NCBI GenBank assembly: GCA_041661795.1
Contig: JBAZTS010000002.1
Location: 36,263 to 100,262, forward strand
Source: Minisyncoccota bacterium
Lineage (GTDB): Bacteria; Patescibacteriota; Minisyncoccia; UBA6257; JAGOQP01
Reading direction: 5' to 3'
DNA length: 64,000 bases
Each line of letters begins with the position of its first letter. The first letter of the stretch is position 1. The position numbers and the translations under genes are program-made. Positions 1 to 10,078 of this stretch are shown one piece after another. A model generated the notes under the pieces. The model was not told where the DNA came from and did not search any database. It saw only the letters and a program-made list of their open reading frames with translations.

Positions 1-1468
1 AGAAGTTGAGGAAAAAAGGGCTCATTTGATTGAAAAAATAGTTGAAAAAGATGAGGTCTCAATGGAAAAATATTTAAACGGCCAAGAGGTTGATTTGGAT
101 ACTTTAAGAAAAATTATGCGCAAGGCCACCATTGAAAATGAAATTTTTCCGGTTTACTGCGGTTCAGCTCTAAAAAATAAAGGAACTCAATTGGTTCTGG
201 ACGGAGTAATTGATTATTTGCCTTCTCCTCTGGACATAGGTCATTTAAAACCGATAAAAGGAACAAATCCGAGTACGGGAGAAGAAATAATAAGAAAACC
301 AAGCGATGAAGAACCGTTAACGGCTTTGGCTTTTAAAATAGCCACTGATCCATTTGTCGGAAATCTTACTTATTTTAGAGTCTACAGCGGAATAATAAAA
401 AAAGGGACTTATATTCTTAACTCTTCAAAAGAAAATCAGGAAAGAATCGGTAGAATAGTCCGTATGCATGCCAATCACAGAGAAGATGTGGAGGAAATGT
501 ACGCTGGAGATATCGGCGCTATTGTAGGATTAAAAAATACATCCACGGGGGACACTCTTTGTGACCCTGAAAATCCAATAATTCTTGAAAAGATCATTTT
601 CCCAGAACCGGTTATTAATCTTAAAATTGAACCTAAAACCAAAATTGACCAAGAAAAAATGGGCATGGCTCTTAGGCGTTTGTCCGAAGAAGACCCAACC
701 TTTAGAGTTACGGGAGATTCGGATACTGGAGAAACTATTATTTGGGGAATGGGAGAATTACATTTGGAAATTTTGGTGGAAAGAATGAAAAGAGAATTTG
801 GAGTTGAAGCCGACGTAGGAAGGCCTCGGGTTTCTTATAAAGAAACTATCAAGGGGTCTGCCGAAGCGGAAGGTAAATATATCAGGCAATCGGGAGGACG
901 TGGTCAATATGGACACGTTAAGGTAAAAATTAAACCTCTTGAAAGAGGTAAGGGTTTTGTTTTTGCTAATCAGATCAGAGGAGGTGTTATTCCTCAAGAA
1001 TTTATTTCAGCCGTTGAAAAAGGTATAAAGGAATCTATGGAAAAAGGAGTTGTGGCAGGATATACTTTAACTGACTTTGAAATAACTCTTTTTGATGGTT
1101 CTTATCATGAGGTTGACTCTTCGGAGGCAGCTTTCAAAATTGCCGGGTCTATGGCTTTGCAAGAAGCGGCTAAACAAGCTCAGCCGGTTATATTGGAGCC
1201 AGTTATGAAAATTCAGGTTACTATGCCCGCTGATTTCTTGGGAGACGTTACAGGGGACTTGAACTCAAAAAGAGGTAGAATAGAATCGTTGTCTGACAGG
1301 GCTTTTGCTAAAGTTATTGATGCCAAGGTGCCCTTGTCGGAAATGTTTGGATATGCTACAAAGTTAAGATCAATTACTCAAGGAAGAGGGTCTTTTACCA
1401 TGGAATTTGACCATTATGAAGAGGTTCCTAAAAGCGTTGAACTATTAATTATAGAGGGAAAAAAATAA
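1..1468 (+). CDS. fusA: Elongation factor G, C-terminal portion (5' end lies outside the window)
   Basis: Translation matches EF-G domains II-V (…[12 protein letters not shown]…, …GRGQYGHV…, …[10 protein letters not shown]…); the reading frame is open from base 1; the rplM-rpsI context fits. Confidence 0.9.
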   Translation, partial: EVEEKRAHLIEKIVEKDEVSMEKYLNGQEVDLDTLRKIMRKATIENEIFPVYCGSALKNKGTQLVLDGVIDYLPSPLDIGHLKPIKGTNPSTGEEIIRKPSDEEPLTALAFKIATDPFVGNLTYFRVYSGIIKKGTYILNSSKENQERIGRIVRMHANHREDVEEMYAGDIGAIVGLKNTSTGDTLCDPENPIILEKIIFPEPVINLKIEPKTKIDQEKMGMALRRLSEEDPTFRVTGDSDTGETIIWGMGELHLEILVERMKREFGVEADVGRPRVSYKETIKGSAEAEGKYIRQSGGRGQYGHVKVKIKPLERGKGFVFANQIRGGVIPQEFISAVEKGIKESMEKGVVAGYTLTDFEITLFDGSYHEVDSSEAAFKIAGSMALQEAAKQAQPVILEPVMKIQVTMPADFLGDVTGDLNSKRGRIESLSDRAFAKVIDAKVPLSEMFGYATKLRSITQGRGSFTMEFDHYEEVPKSVELLIIEGKK

Positions 1469-1472
1469 ATTT

Positions 1473-1814
1473 ATGGAATATACAATTGATTGCAAGGGGA
1501 GGAGTTTAGGAAGAGTGGCTTCGGAAGTTGCCTCTATTTTGCAAGGTAAAAGGGATCCTTCTTATGAACCGAGATTAGTCGGGGACGATACGGTTGTTAT
1601 CAAAAATGTTGACCAAATTAAACTTACCGGCAATAAGGGTCAGCAAAAAATTTATTATTCTCATACAACTCAGCTGGGACATCTTAAAGAAAGAAAAATA
1701 AAAGACGTTATCCAAAAACACGGAATGAAATTTATTTTGAAAAAATCGATTGTTAATATGCTTCCTAAAAATAAATTGAGAGTTGCGAGAATTAAAAAGA
1801 TGTCATTTGAATAA
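1473..1814 (+). CDS. rplM: 50S ribosomal protein L13
   Basis: 113 aa starting MEYTIDCKGRSLGRVASEVA…; typical L13 N-terminus and length; immediately followed by S9. Confidence 0.9.
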   Translation: MEYTIDCKGRSLGRVASEVASILQGKRDPSYEPRLVGDDTVVIKNVDQIKLTGNKGQQKIYYSHTTQLGHLKERKIKDVIQKHGMKFILKKSIVNMLPKNKLRVARIKKMSFE

Positions 1815-1819
1815 AAAAT

Positions 1820-2245
1820 ATGGAAAAGAAAAAAACAACCAAAAAGGCGGAGAAATATTTTGAGGCGGTCGGGAGAAGAAAAACTTCTACAGCCAGAATC
1901 AGAATATATCTTTCTAAAAAAGGAGACGACGGGTTTTTGATAAACGACAAGAATATATCTTCTTATTTTCCCATAAAAAATCATCAAGATACTGTTTTGA
2001 GCCCATTTAAAAGGTTGGATAATTTAGGCGATTTTTCCTTAACCGTTAAAGTTTCAGGTGGAGGAGTTTCTTCACAAGCCCAAGCTATAAGGCATGGTAT
2101 TGCCAGAGCTTTAATAATATTCAACCCCGATTTTAGAAAAAAGCTAAAATCTCTTGGATACCTTAAAAGGGATCCTCGTATGGTTGAAAGGAAGAAATAT
2201 GGATTGAAAAAAGCCAGACGAGCCCCTCAGTGGTCAAAGAGATAA
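1820..2245 (+). CDS. rpsI: 30S ribosomal protein S9
   Basis: C-terminal …GLKKARRAPQWSKR and GGG…QAIRHGIARAL are S9 hallmarks; conserved L13-S9 operon order. Confidence 0.9.
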   Translation: MEKKKTTKKAEKYFEAVGRRKTSTARIRIYLSKKGDDGFLINDKNISSYFPIKNHQDTVLSPFKRLDNLGDFSLTVKVSGGGVSSQAQAIRHGIARALIIFNPDFRKKLKSLGYLKRDPRMVERKKYGLKKARRAPQWSKR

Positions 2246-2321
2246 TTGGTATCTTGTAGCTTGTGATGTGTATTTTGGATGATAACCAGATACGAGCTAC
2301 TAAATACTAGCTACTAATAAC

Positions 2322-2756
2322 ATGACTGTTTCCCTAAAACCAATAGTTATCTTTTTTGTTGTTGTATTTATCATCTATATACCCACAATGATTTTTCAGT
2401 GGTATGTAGATTTACCTTGGATTGATATCCCTTTGCACCTAATGGGTGGAGCTTGGGTAGCTTTGCTTTTCTTTCGTCTTTTTGGAGACCTGTTTTTTGA
2501 GAAACTCTATGAACACAAATATGAGGCGGCTAGAGTTTTAATTTTGGCTGTGGCCTTTAGTGTATTAATAGGAGTTTTTTGGGAATTCTTTGAATATCTA
2601 CTCACTCAATATACCCCCATTGAATTTCAAGGGAGCTTGACTGATACCATGGGAGATCTTTTAATGGATATATTAGGTTCTCTGGCTATGGCTTATTTTA
2701 TCCTTTTTTATCTTTTCCCCAAGAAGAGGCAGGTCGTCTCTCAATTAGAAGGATAA
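2322..2756 (+). CDS. hypothetical integral membrane protein
   Basis: 144 aa with 3-4 predicted hydrophobic helices; no recognisable motif. Confidence 0.4.
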   Translation: MTVSLKPIVIFFVVVFIIYIPTMIFQWYVDLPWIDIPLHLMGGAWVALLFFRLFGDLFFEKLYEHKYEAARVLILAVAFSVLIGVFWEFFEYLLTQYTPIEFQGSLTDTMGDLLMDILGSLAMAYFILFYLFPKKRQVVSQLEG

Positions 2757-4019
2757 ATTAACTGAAGAAATCTTTCCTTCCTTAAGAAGATAAACAACTT
2801 CTTCTTCTTTGTCGTAAACCCAGGATCCCGGGTTATTTTTTATAGTAAACTTGTTGGCCGGCTTATATATACTTAGGTCTGAAATATCCAGAGTTTTTGA
2901 GGAATAATCTATAATGAAATGAAACGAATCATCAAGCCACTCAATCTGCTTGGTTTTTAGGGCGTCTATTATCTCAATTTTCATAATTTCTCCTTTTTTC
3001 TTTTCCAGTGTTACAATTTCGTCTTCAATAAAATAAATAAACGACTTTCCGTCTTTATCCTGATAAAACACTTTCTTTTCGTCAGGAGATATTTTAGCTG
3101 TTTTACCTGAGTGAGCCAATTGGAAAAAATTCTCATCTTTATTATTATAAAACCATATGCTTCCGTCTTTTAATATAAACAGTTGATAATTTTGACTGAC
3201 ATCAATGTTTTCTATTTGATTTCCGTTGAACGGGAGTTTTATTCTTCTGGTTTCTTCAATTAAATTCAAATCAGTGGTGGTGATAAAAGAGTCGGTTGAT
3301 GTGGAATTTTTTTGTTTTGTTGGTAATTCCACCAAATAAAGATTATTTCTTGCCACTGTCATTTTTTCTAAAATTCCCTCTTTTATTGTTTTAAAACTCT
3401 GTTTATTTATGTCTATCCAATAAATCCCCGTAGAAGTCCTGACTATAATTTTGTTTTCTTCTTGAGGATAAATACGAATGTCTTCTATTTTTTGTCTAAA
3501 AAAAGAGGATATTTTTGAATTAAGATTTATTATATTCGGACTATTTAGATTGTATAAGTAATAAATATTCTTTTGGTCGTCCAGAACAATGATTCTCTTA
3601 TCTTTTTTATCTAAAATAATATTTCCCTTAACGTTGTCGATTAATTGTTGTTCATCTATTTTTTGAGGAGCAAGTATGACATTGGAGATTCTGGCAACCT
3701 GAGAAGGGAAAACTTCTATATTTTTTTCATAATCAAGATATCCCTCCTTTTTTAATTCAAGGCGGTATTTTTTAGGCAAGACATTGGAGATTAAAGTCCC
3801 TTTTTGGATTAACCCTAAAGAACTGTCGTATTTTTTATCATTAAGGAATATATCCAAAGATCTTGGTTGCGCCTCAACATAAACAGCCCCAGTTTTAGTG
3901 GCGCTTAGAGTGGAGAAATCAAATCTATATCCTTGGGAATAATAAATAACCCCGGTTCCTATCAATAGGAAAATGACCAAAAAAGAGTAAAAAAGTTTTC
4001 TTCTGAATGGCAGAGTCAT
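2745..4019 (-). CDS. membrane-anchored PEGA-domain protein with a beta-rich C-terminal region
   Basis: N-terminal TM anchor; the segment …GAVYVEAQPRSLDIFLNDKKY…LPKKYRLELKKEGYLDYEKNIEV resembles the PEGA domain; the remainder is repetitive and beta-rich. Confidence 0.45.
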   Translation of the reverse strand: MTLPFRRKLFYSFLVIFLLIGTGVIYYSQGYRFDFSTLSATKTGAVYVEAQPRSLDIFLNDKKYDSSLGLIQKGTLISNVLPKKYRLELKKEGYLDYEKNIEVFPSQVARISNVILAPQKIDEQQLIDNVKGNIILDKKDKRIIVLDDQKNIYYLYNLNSPNIINLNSKISSFFRQKIEDIRIYPQEENKIIVRTSTGIYWIDINKQSFKTIKEGILEKMTVARNNLYLVELPTKQKNSTSTDSFITTTDLNLIEETRRIKLPFNGNQIENIDVSQNYQLFILKDGSIWFYNNKDENFFQLAHSGKTAKISPDEKKVFYQDKDGKSFIYFIEDEIVTLEKKKGEIMKIEIIDALKTKQIEWLDDSFHFIIDYSSKTLDISDLSIYKPANKFTIKNNPGSWVYDKEEEVVYLLKEGKISSVNLSF

Positions 4020-4117
4020 GTTGTAAAGTTGGCTATTTATGAATATTATTAACTAATACAGTTTTAAGCATACCTTTAAGTTGGGCTGTTTTCAATGACG
4101 ATTTATTTGACATTTTT

Positions 4118-5374
4118 ATGAAATTTATAGTAAACGGTAATAAAAAACTCAACGGGAACGTTGATATTAAGGGAGCTAAAAATGCCGCCTTAAAAATAAT
4201 TCCCGCGTCTATTCTGGCTTCTTCTCTTTGTGTTATAAAAAATATTCCACAAATAACCGATATAGAAAAACTTCTGGAAATATTAAAAGGAATAGGGTCA
4301 AAAGTTGAATTTAAAGACGGAGTACTCAAGATAGGTAATAAAGACATTAATTCTTTCCATCCGGATGAAAAATTGGTTAATAAATTCAGAGGATCTATAG
4401 TTCTAATCGGTCCTCTTTTGGCGAGATTTGGCGAGGCAGTTCTTAGTGAACCGGGGGGATGTTTAATTGGTTCAAGACCGATTGATGACCATTTAGATCT
4501 TTTTGAGCAAATGGGAGTTGGTATTGAATATAAGGATAATAAATTTTATTTTCACGGGAAACCAAAAAGCGGTCACATAGTTCTAAAAAAGATGAGTGTT
4601 ACGGCAACTGAAAATGCCATTATGGCGTCAGTTTTTTCCAAGGGTATTACTAAAATTCATATAGCGGCGGCTGAACCGGAAATAAAAGATCTGGCTGATT
4701 TTCTCAATAAAATGGGAGCTAAAATAAAGGGAGCCGGAACCAATGAGATAGAAATAGAAGGAGTGGATGAATTAAAAGGAGCGGAGTATGAAGTTTTGCC
4801 GGACAGAATTGAGATGGGAACATATTTAATAGCCGGTATTTTGACTAACTCGGAAATTACAGTTGGTCCGATTATTTCTTGCCATTCTGACCTGTTTTTT
4901 AAAAAATTAAAGGATGTTGGGGCAAAATTTGAAATAATAGAGAAAGACGGCAAAAAATATGTAAGAACTTTAAAAAGAGGGGATTTAATTCCTCAAAACA
5001 TAGACCCAAGACCATATCCGGGATTTGCCACCGATCTTCAGCCCCAATACGCGGTCTTAATGACTCAGGCCCAAGGCAAAACGGAAATTTTTGATACTAT
5101 GTTTGAAGGAAGATTTAGGTATATTGAGGAATTAAAATTAATGAAGGTTGAAGCCGAAATTTTAAATCCCAATAAAGCCATTATAAATGGTCCCGCTCAT
5201 CTAAAGGGAGCCGAGGTGTCGTGTTTGGATATTAGAGCTGGAGTAGCAGTGGTTCTGGCTTCTCTTATAGCGGAAGGAAAAACAACCATAAATAACATTG
5301 AATTTATAGACAGAGGGTACGAGGATATAGATGGAAAGCTAAGAGAGTTGGGGGCGGATATTAAGAGGGAATAA
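4118..5374 (+). CDS. murA: UDP-N-acetylglucosamine 1-carboxyvinyltransferase
   Basis: 418 aa; MKFIVNGNKKLNGNVDIKGAKNAALKIIPASILAS… matches the MurA N-terminus and full-length architecture. Confidence 0.9.
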   Translation: MKFIVNGNKKLNGNVDIKGAKNAALKIIPASILASSLCVIKNIPQITDIEKLLEILKGIGSKVEFKDGVLKIGNKDINSFHPDEKLVNKFRGSIVLIGPLLARFGEAVLSEPGGCLIGSRPIDDHLDLFEQMGVGIEYKDNKFYFHGKPKSGHIVLKKMSVTATENAIMASVFSKGITKIHIAAAEPEIKDLADFLNKMGAKIKGAGTNEIEIEGVDELKGAEYEVLPDRIEMGTYLIAGILTNSEITVGPIISCHSDLFFKKLKDVGAKFEIIEKDGKKYVRTLKRGDLIPQNIDPRPYPGFATDLQPQYAVLMTQAQGKTEIFDTMFEGRFRYIEELKLMKVEAEILNPNKAIINGPAHLKGAEVSCLDIRAGVAVVLASLIAEGKTTINNIEFIDRGYEDIDGKLRELGADIKRE

Positions 5375-5378
5375 TAAG

Positions 5379-5990
5379 ATGATTGAATTAGTATTATCTT
5401 GGATTGCCAATATTGTCATAGTAATTATTAACTCTACTGGTTATTTGGGGATTTTTTTGTTAATGGCTTTAGAAAGCGCTAATATTCCAGTGCCTTCGGA
5501 AATTATTATGCCCTTTTCAGGATTTTTGGTTTTTGGGGGAAATTTTAGTTTTTGGTTAGTGGTTTTAGCAGGAACATTTGGAAATCTTTTTGGTTCTCTG
5601 GTTTCTTTCCGGTTTGCCGAGTGGATAGTGGCTAGTCGTTCCAAATTTAAATTAATATCCCATATTTTTTCAGAAAAGTTTTTGTACAAATCTCATGTTT
5701 GGTTTGAGAAGTATGGCTATTGGTCAGTATTTTTTTCCCGTCTCTTACCGGTAGCAAGGACTTTTATTTCTCTCCCAGCCGGATTGGCAAAAATGAACAT
5801 ATGGAAATTTTCCATACTAACTCTTTTCGGGTCGTTTATCTGGTCTTGGATTTTAACTTACATTGGCTTATTTTTAGGGGTTAATTGGCACACTTTGGGT
5901 AAATATTTCAGACAACTTGATTTATTGATATTAGTGATTGTACTTATTCTATTTTTTTGGTGGCTTTATAATCACAATAAACGACACTAA
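5379..5990 (+). CDS. DedA/SNARE-associated family membrane protein
   Basis: LLMALESANIPVPSEIIMPFSGFLV… matches the DedA (VTT domain) signature; multiple TM helices. Confidence 0.75.
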   Translation: MIELVLSWIANIVIVIINSTGYLGIFLLMALESANIPVPSEIIMPFSGFLVFGGNFSFWLVVLAGTFGNLFGSLVSFRFAEWIVASRSKFKLISHIFSEKFLYKSHVWFEKYGYWSVFFSRLLPVARTFISLPAGLAKMNIWKFSILTLFGSFIWSWILTYIGLFLGVNWHTLGKYFRQLDLLILVIVLILFFWWLYNHNKRH

Positions 5991-6043
5991 TGCTCGTGTC
6001 TAAACACCTTTTTTAAAACGATTCTTTCTGGTAAAATTAATAC

Positions 6044-6769
6044 ATGTCTAAATTGGTGGTTTTAAATTGGAAGATGAATTTGCCCGATCTGCCGTCTTGG
6101 AGTGAAGCTTTGAAATTTAAAGGGAATAATAGAATTGTAGTTTGTCCTTCTTTCACTCATATAAATAAGCTAAGGAATTTATTAAAAGGAAAGGGGATAT
6201 ATATTGGGGCCCAAAACGTTTCTTATAAAGAAAATGGAGCTTTGACTGGAGAGGTGTCGGTTGAGATGTTAAAAGATGTCGGCGCTTCATATGCAATTAT
6301 AGGACATTCTGAAAGAAGATATGTTTTTGGAGAAACCGATGAAATTATAGCTAAGAAAGCAAAAGTTGTTCTTGAAGGCAGAATTACTCCTATTCTTTGT
6401 GTGGGAGAAACAAAGAAAATGACTAGAGAAAAATCCTGGAATTTTATCCGCTCTCAACTTCAAAAAGACTTATCTCTTACCCCTTACCCCTTACCCCTTA
6501 CCACTAGTTTAGTTGTGGCTTACGAGCCGGTCTGGTCTATTGGGGGAAATAAAAATATTGATGCGTCACATTCGGCTCATCTAATCGACAGAATAAGAGA
6601 GTTTCTATATACTAACTACAAGATGCGAGCCACCATCTTATACGGCGGAAGTGTTAATAGTAAAAATATTAAATCGCTTTTGTCTGTTGGTGAAATTGAC
6701 GGATTTTTGGTCGGGTCCGCCAGTTTAAAAAAAGAAGAAGTTAAAAAATTATTAAAATTAATAAATTAA
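6044..6769 (+). CDS. tpiA: triosephosphate isomerase, with an in-frame heptamer-repeat insertion
   Basis: …AYEPVWSIGGNK…, …YGGSVN… and IGHSERR motifs; the LTPYPLPLTTS segment is encoded by (TTACCCC)n at 6478-6505. Confidence 0.9.
   Translation: MSKLVVLNWKMNLPDLPSWSEALKFKGNNRIVVCPSFTHINKLRNLLKGKGIYIGAQNVSYKENGALTGEVSVEMLKDVGASYAIIGHSERRYVFGETDEIIAKKAKVVLEGRITPILCVGETKKMTREKSWNFIRSQLQKDLSLTPYPLPLTTSLVVAYEPVWSIGGNKNIDASHSAHLIDRIREFLYTNYKMRATILYGGSVNSKNIKSLLSVGEIDGFLVGSASLKKEEVKKLLKLIN
6478..6505 (+). repeat. (TTACCCC)x3 plus TTACCAC in-frame within tpiA
   Basis: Direct reading. Confidence 0.85.
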
Positions 6770-6773
6770 TAAA

Positions 6774-7553
6774 ATGAACGAACAATCAAAAAATTCTCTT
6801 TTCGGAGCGCTAACTTTATTTGTCTTGGTTCTCACTGTTATTTTTGTTTATTCAATTTTTTGGGGACCTCTTCACAGATATTCTCAATCTTTAATCTCCC
6901 CAAGAACAATGGCGGTTTCGGCCTCGGATAAAGTAACCGTAAAACCGGATATAGCCAATTTATCTTTTTCGGTGATTACCGAGGGGATGGATACAGCCAA
7001 AGTTGTTGATGAAAACAATAAAAAAATAAATTTAGCCATAGATATTATTAAACAAGAAGGAGTAAGCGAGGAGGATATAAGAACATCAGAATACAATCTT
7101 TCTCCCGTTTATACCTATCCTACCAGGAGCTCTTCTGGCGAGTTTGTCCCAAAAATTGCCAAGTATACTCTGACCCAGTCGGTTTCTTTAAAAATCAGGG
7201 ATTTTACAAAAATCTCTGTTGTTTTACAAAAACTTCCGGCGCTTGGTATAAACAAGATTGAAAATATCTATTTTAGCATTGATGATCCAGATATATTTCT
7301 TTCCAGTGCTAGAGAAGGAGCTTTTAAAAAGGCCTTTGAGAAAGCGGATAAAATGGCCAGACAAAACGGAGTTAGCTTGGGAAGAGTCGTAAGCATTTCG
7401 GATTATTCCAATAACTATTATCCTACCTATGAAAAATATGGAATGGGAGGGGATATGATGTCGTCTTCTGCGTCACCCATCAGCGCTCCTGATATTCAGC
7501 CGGGAAGCAAGGAGTTGACTGTTAATGTTAGTGTCGTTTATGAAATCAAATAG
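6774..7553 (+). CDS. SIMPL/DUF541-like secreted protein
   Basis: N-terminal TM or signal; …VTVKPDIANLSFSVITEG…EEDIRTSEYNLSPVY… resembles the SIMPL (BP26-like) domain. Confidence 0.5.
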   Translation: MNEQSKNSLFGALTLFVLVLTVIFVYSIFWGPLHRYSQSLISPRTMAVSASDKVTVKPDIANLSFSVITEGMDTAKVVDENNKKINLAIDIIKQEGVSEEDIRTSEYNLSPVYTYPTRSSSGEFVPKIAKYTLTQSVSLKIRDFTKISVVLQKLPALGINKIENIYFSIDDPDIFLSSAREGAFKKAFEKADKMARQNGVSLGRVVSISDYSNNYYPTYEKYGMGGDMMSSSASPISAPDIQPGSKELTVNVSVVYEIK

Positions 7554-8328
7554 GAAAAAATTTGGAGCTTCTGTTGTTGTTATTTTGGTTGGGTTAATGA
7601 CTATAATCGGACTTTCTGATATCATTTTTATTATTCCCAATCAAAATAACCAAACAGATAATCAAGCCAAAACAATGGAAGAATCCGGTTTCTTAAACGC
7701 CAGCGATGGCAAAAAGATTTCCTATCAATACTTTAAATCTCCAGACCCAAAAGGATGGGTTGTTTATCTACATATGATGCCTTCTACTAAGGAGTCATTT
7801 TTTGATTTAGCCGTAAAACTACAAACTCTTGGATATGAAGGGATAAGTATAGATTTTAGGGGGCATGGGCAATCGGAAGGAGGGCCTGACGGTTATTTGA
7901 ATTTTTCTGATAGTGAGCATCAAAATTATTATAATGATGTTTTGGGAACCGTTGATTTTCTTGTAAGCCAAGGAGCCAAAAAAGAAAAGATATATTTTGT
8001 GGGCGCTTCTATTGGAGCTAATGTTGCTCTAAAATATTTATCTTTAAATAAAGAAACTACAAAAGCAGTCCTGCTTTCTCCTGGGTTTAATTATCGTGGA
8101 ATTACCACAAAAGATTTAGTTGTTAATCTTAGCGAAACAAAAGACATTCTTTTTGTATCCAGCCAAGACGACGAATCTAATTCTGGCGAGGTTGAAGAGT
8201 TATTTTCCTTGGTTCCGCAATCTGCAAAAAAAGATAAAGTTATTTTTGAAAAGGCCGGTCATGGGACTGATATGTTCGCCGTCCAGTCGGATTTATATGA
8301 AAAAATAATTAGTTTTATTACCAATTAA
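7525..8328 (+). CDS. alpha/beta-fold hydrolase (dienelactone-hydrolase-like)
   Basis: GASIGANVAL nucleophile elbow (G-x-S-x-G); IDFRGHGQSEG; C-terminal GHGTD histidine. The annotated start overlaps the upstream gene; an alternative ATG lies at about 7540. Confidence 0.6.
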   Translation: MLVSFMKSNRKKFGASVVVILVGLMTIIGLSDIIFIIPNQNNQTDNQAKTMEESGFLNASDGKKISYQYFKSPDPKGWVVYLHMMPSTKESFFDLAVKLQTLGYEGISIDFRGHGQSEGGPDGYLNFSDSEHQNYYNDVLGTVDFLVSQGAKKEKIYFVGASIGANVALKYLSLNKETTKAVLLSPGFNYRGITTKDLVVNLSETKDILFVSSQDDESNSGEVEELFSLVPQSAKKDKVIFEKAGHGTDMFAVQSDLYEKIISFITN

Positions 8329-8341
8329 ATTAAAAAATAAG

Positions 8342-8956
8342 ATGGCCATAAAAAAGGATTACTTGTTGGTGTCTCTTATTGGACTGCTCTTTGGGTTGTT
8401 CTCGGCTCCTATTATAAAAAATCTAAATCTCTCATTTTTACCTTTTAGCTGGGTCGCTGTCATTGTTATTGTTGTATTGTTTACTTTGGGAGCTCCCGTT
8501 GCTCTTTTTATAGCGTCTTTTGTCGGCAAGAAAATTCCTGTCATTTTTCAATTTGCCAAATTTGCGGCTGTTGGAGCATTAAATACATTCGTTGATTGGG
8601 GAATATTGAACTTTTTAATATTACTAACTGGAACTGTTACCGGAGTAGGTTTTAGTATTTTTAAAGGAATTTCTTTCCTGTTTTCTGCGTCTAACAGTTA
8701 TGTTTGGAATAAATTTTGGACTTTTGGAGCAACTAATAAAGAAAATTCAGGAAAAGAATTTGGTAAGTTTATTATTATTAGTTTGATAGGATTTCTAATA
8801 AATGTAGGAGTGGCTTCTTTCATAGTAAATTATATATCTCCCTTCGGTGGCTTTTCTTTGACTCAGTGGGCTAACTTAGGAGCTTTGGTGGCTACTTTAG
8901 TGGCTCTTGTCTGGAATTTTGTGGGTTATAAGTTCTTTGTGTTTGACAGTAAATAA
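8342..8956 (+). CDS. GtrA-family membrane protein
   Basis: KFAAVGALNTFVDWGILNFLI…YVWNKFWTF is the GtrA-family signature; four TM helices. Confidence 0.65.
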   Translation: MAIKKDYLLVSLIGLLFGLFSAPIIKNLNLSFLPFSWVAVIVIVVLFTLGAPVALFIASFVGKKIPVIFQFAKFAAVGALNTFVDWGILNFLILLTGTVTGVGFSIFKGISFLFSASNSYVWNKFWTFGATNKENSGKEFGKFIIISLIGFLINVGVASFIVNYISPFGGFSLTQWANLGALVATLVALVWNFVGYKFFVFDSK

Positions 8957-9036
8957 AAAAGAGAGTATAATGCCTCTTGAGTGAAGTGCCGAGCAGCCCT
9001 CTGCGATGATATCGATAGAGGATTGCCCTTTCGTTT

Positions 9037-9067
9037 CCCTCCGCCCTCGGGCGGAGGGTTTTGTTTT
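9037..9067 (+). terminator. rho-independent terminator (CCCTCCGCCC-loop-GGGCGGAGGG followed by a T-run)
   Basis: Perfect 10-bp GC stem followed by TTTTGTTTT, downstream of the GtrA-like gene. Confidence 0.7.
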
Positions 9068-9175
9068 CATATATGTTTTTTGTTATTATATTAGTGGTGG
9101 TGGGAGAGCACTCACTCATAATAAAAAAACGGAGGTCACCCCCGCCACCATGAAATATAAGGTTCTCATTTAGTT

Positions 9176-10078
9176 ATGTTTATTAGGAAAAATGTTTTGT
9201 TGAAAAATTACAGCGGTTATAAGATCGGAGGACCAGCCGATTTTTTTTGTGAACCCAAATCAAAAAAAGAGCTTTTAACGGCTCTTAATTTTTCACTTAA
9301 AAAAAATATTCCGGTTTATATGTTAGGCGGAGGATTTAATATTTTAATTTCGGATAGTGGTTTTAGAGGTTTGATAATAAAGCCGAAAATAAATTATCTG
9401 GCTGTTAAAAAGAATGGTATGATCGCCGGAGCTGGTGTTGATTTAGGCAGGGCAATTAAATTTTCTTTGAAAAACGGATTGCTTGGACTTGAAGAATTCT
9501 CTGGAATTCCTGGAACTATTGGTGGGGCTCTTTACATAAATATTCATTATTATCAGGCGCTTTTAAATAATTTTGTAGAATGGATTGAATGTGTCGATAA
9601 TAAATTGAATTCGTACTTAATTAAAGCCAAGAACGAAAATTGGAAATATGAATTCTCTCAAATTCAAAAAAGCGGACTTATTGTTGTCAGGGCTTGTTTT
9701 AAACTAAAGAAAGTTAACCAGGAACAAAAATGGAAAGCAATTGGTAAGGCCGAAGAAATTATCCGGACTCGCTTTTACAAATACCCGCAAGAACCGTCGG
9801 CTGGCAGTGTTTTCCAAAACATTGATTCTAAAAATTTTTATGGGGCTCCTTCAATATCAGCGGCTCATTATATTGATCGCTTGGGTATGAAAGGAACGAG
9901 GGTGGGTGGAGCAGAAATTTCCGGGAGGCACGCAAATATGATTATAAATAAAGGCGGAGCTACCGCTAAAGATGTTATTAAGTTAGCTTCTTTAATCAAA
10001 AAACGAGTGAAGAATAAATTTGGAATTGAGTTTAAGCCAGAAGTTCAGTTTATTGGATTTAAAAGTGATCCTTTTTAA
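9176..10078 (+). CDS. murB: UDP-N-acetylenolpyruvoylglucosamine reductase
   Basis: YSGYKIGGPADFFCEPKSKKELLTAL…VYMLGGGFNILISD (FAD-binding) and the C-terminal MurB domain motifs. Confidence 0.8.
   Translation: MFIRKNVLLKNYSGYKIGGPADFFCEPKSKKELLTALNFSLKKNIPVYMLGGGFNILISDSGFRGLIIKPKINYLAVKKNGMIAGAGVDLGRAIKFSLKNGLLGLEEFSGIPGTIGGALYINIHYYQALLNNFVEWIECVDNKLNSYLIKAKNENWKYEFSQIQKSGLIVVRACFKLKKVNQEQKWKAIGKAEEIIRTRFYKYPQEPSAGSVFQNIDSKNFYGAPSISAAHYIDRLGMKGTRVGGAEISGRHANMIINKGGATAKDVIKLASLIKKRVKNKFGIEFKPEVQFIGFKSDPF

Noticed and set aside
114-997. Short antisense or alternate-frame ORFs inside fusA (114..302, 475..666, 585..788, 758..997) and similar ORFs inside secA, uvrA, uvrB, pgk and murA
   Set aside because: They are embedded in strongly supported conserved genes, in an AT-rich genome where such ORFs arise by chance. 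They have no RBS or family signal.
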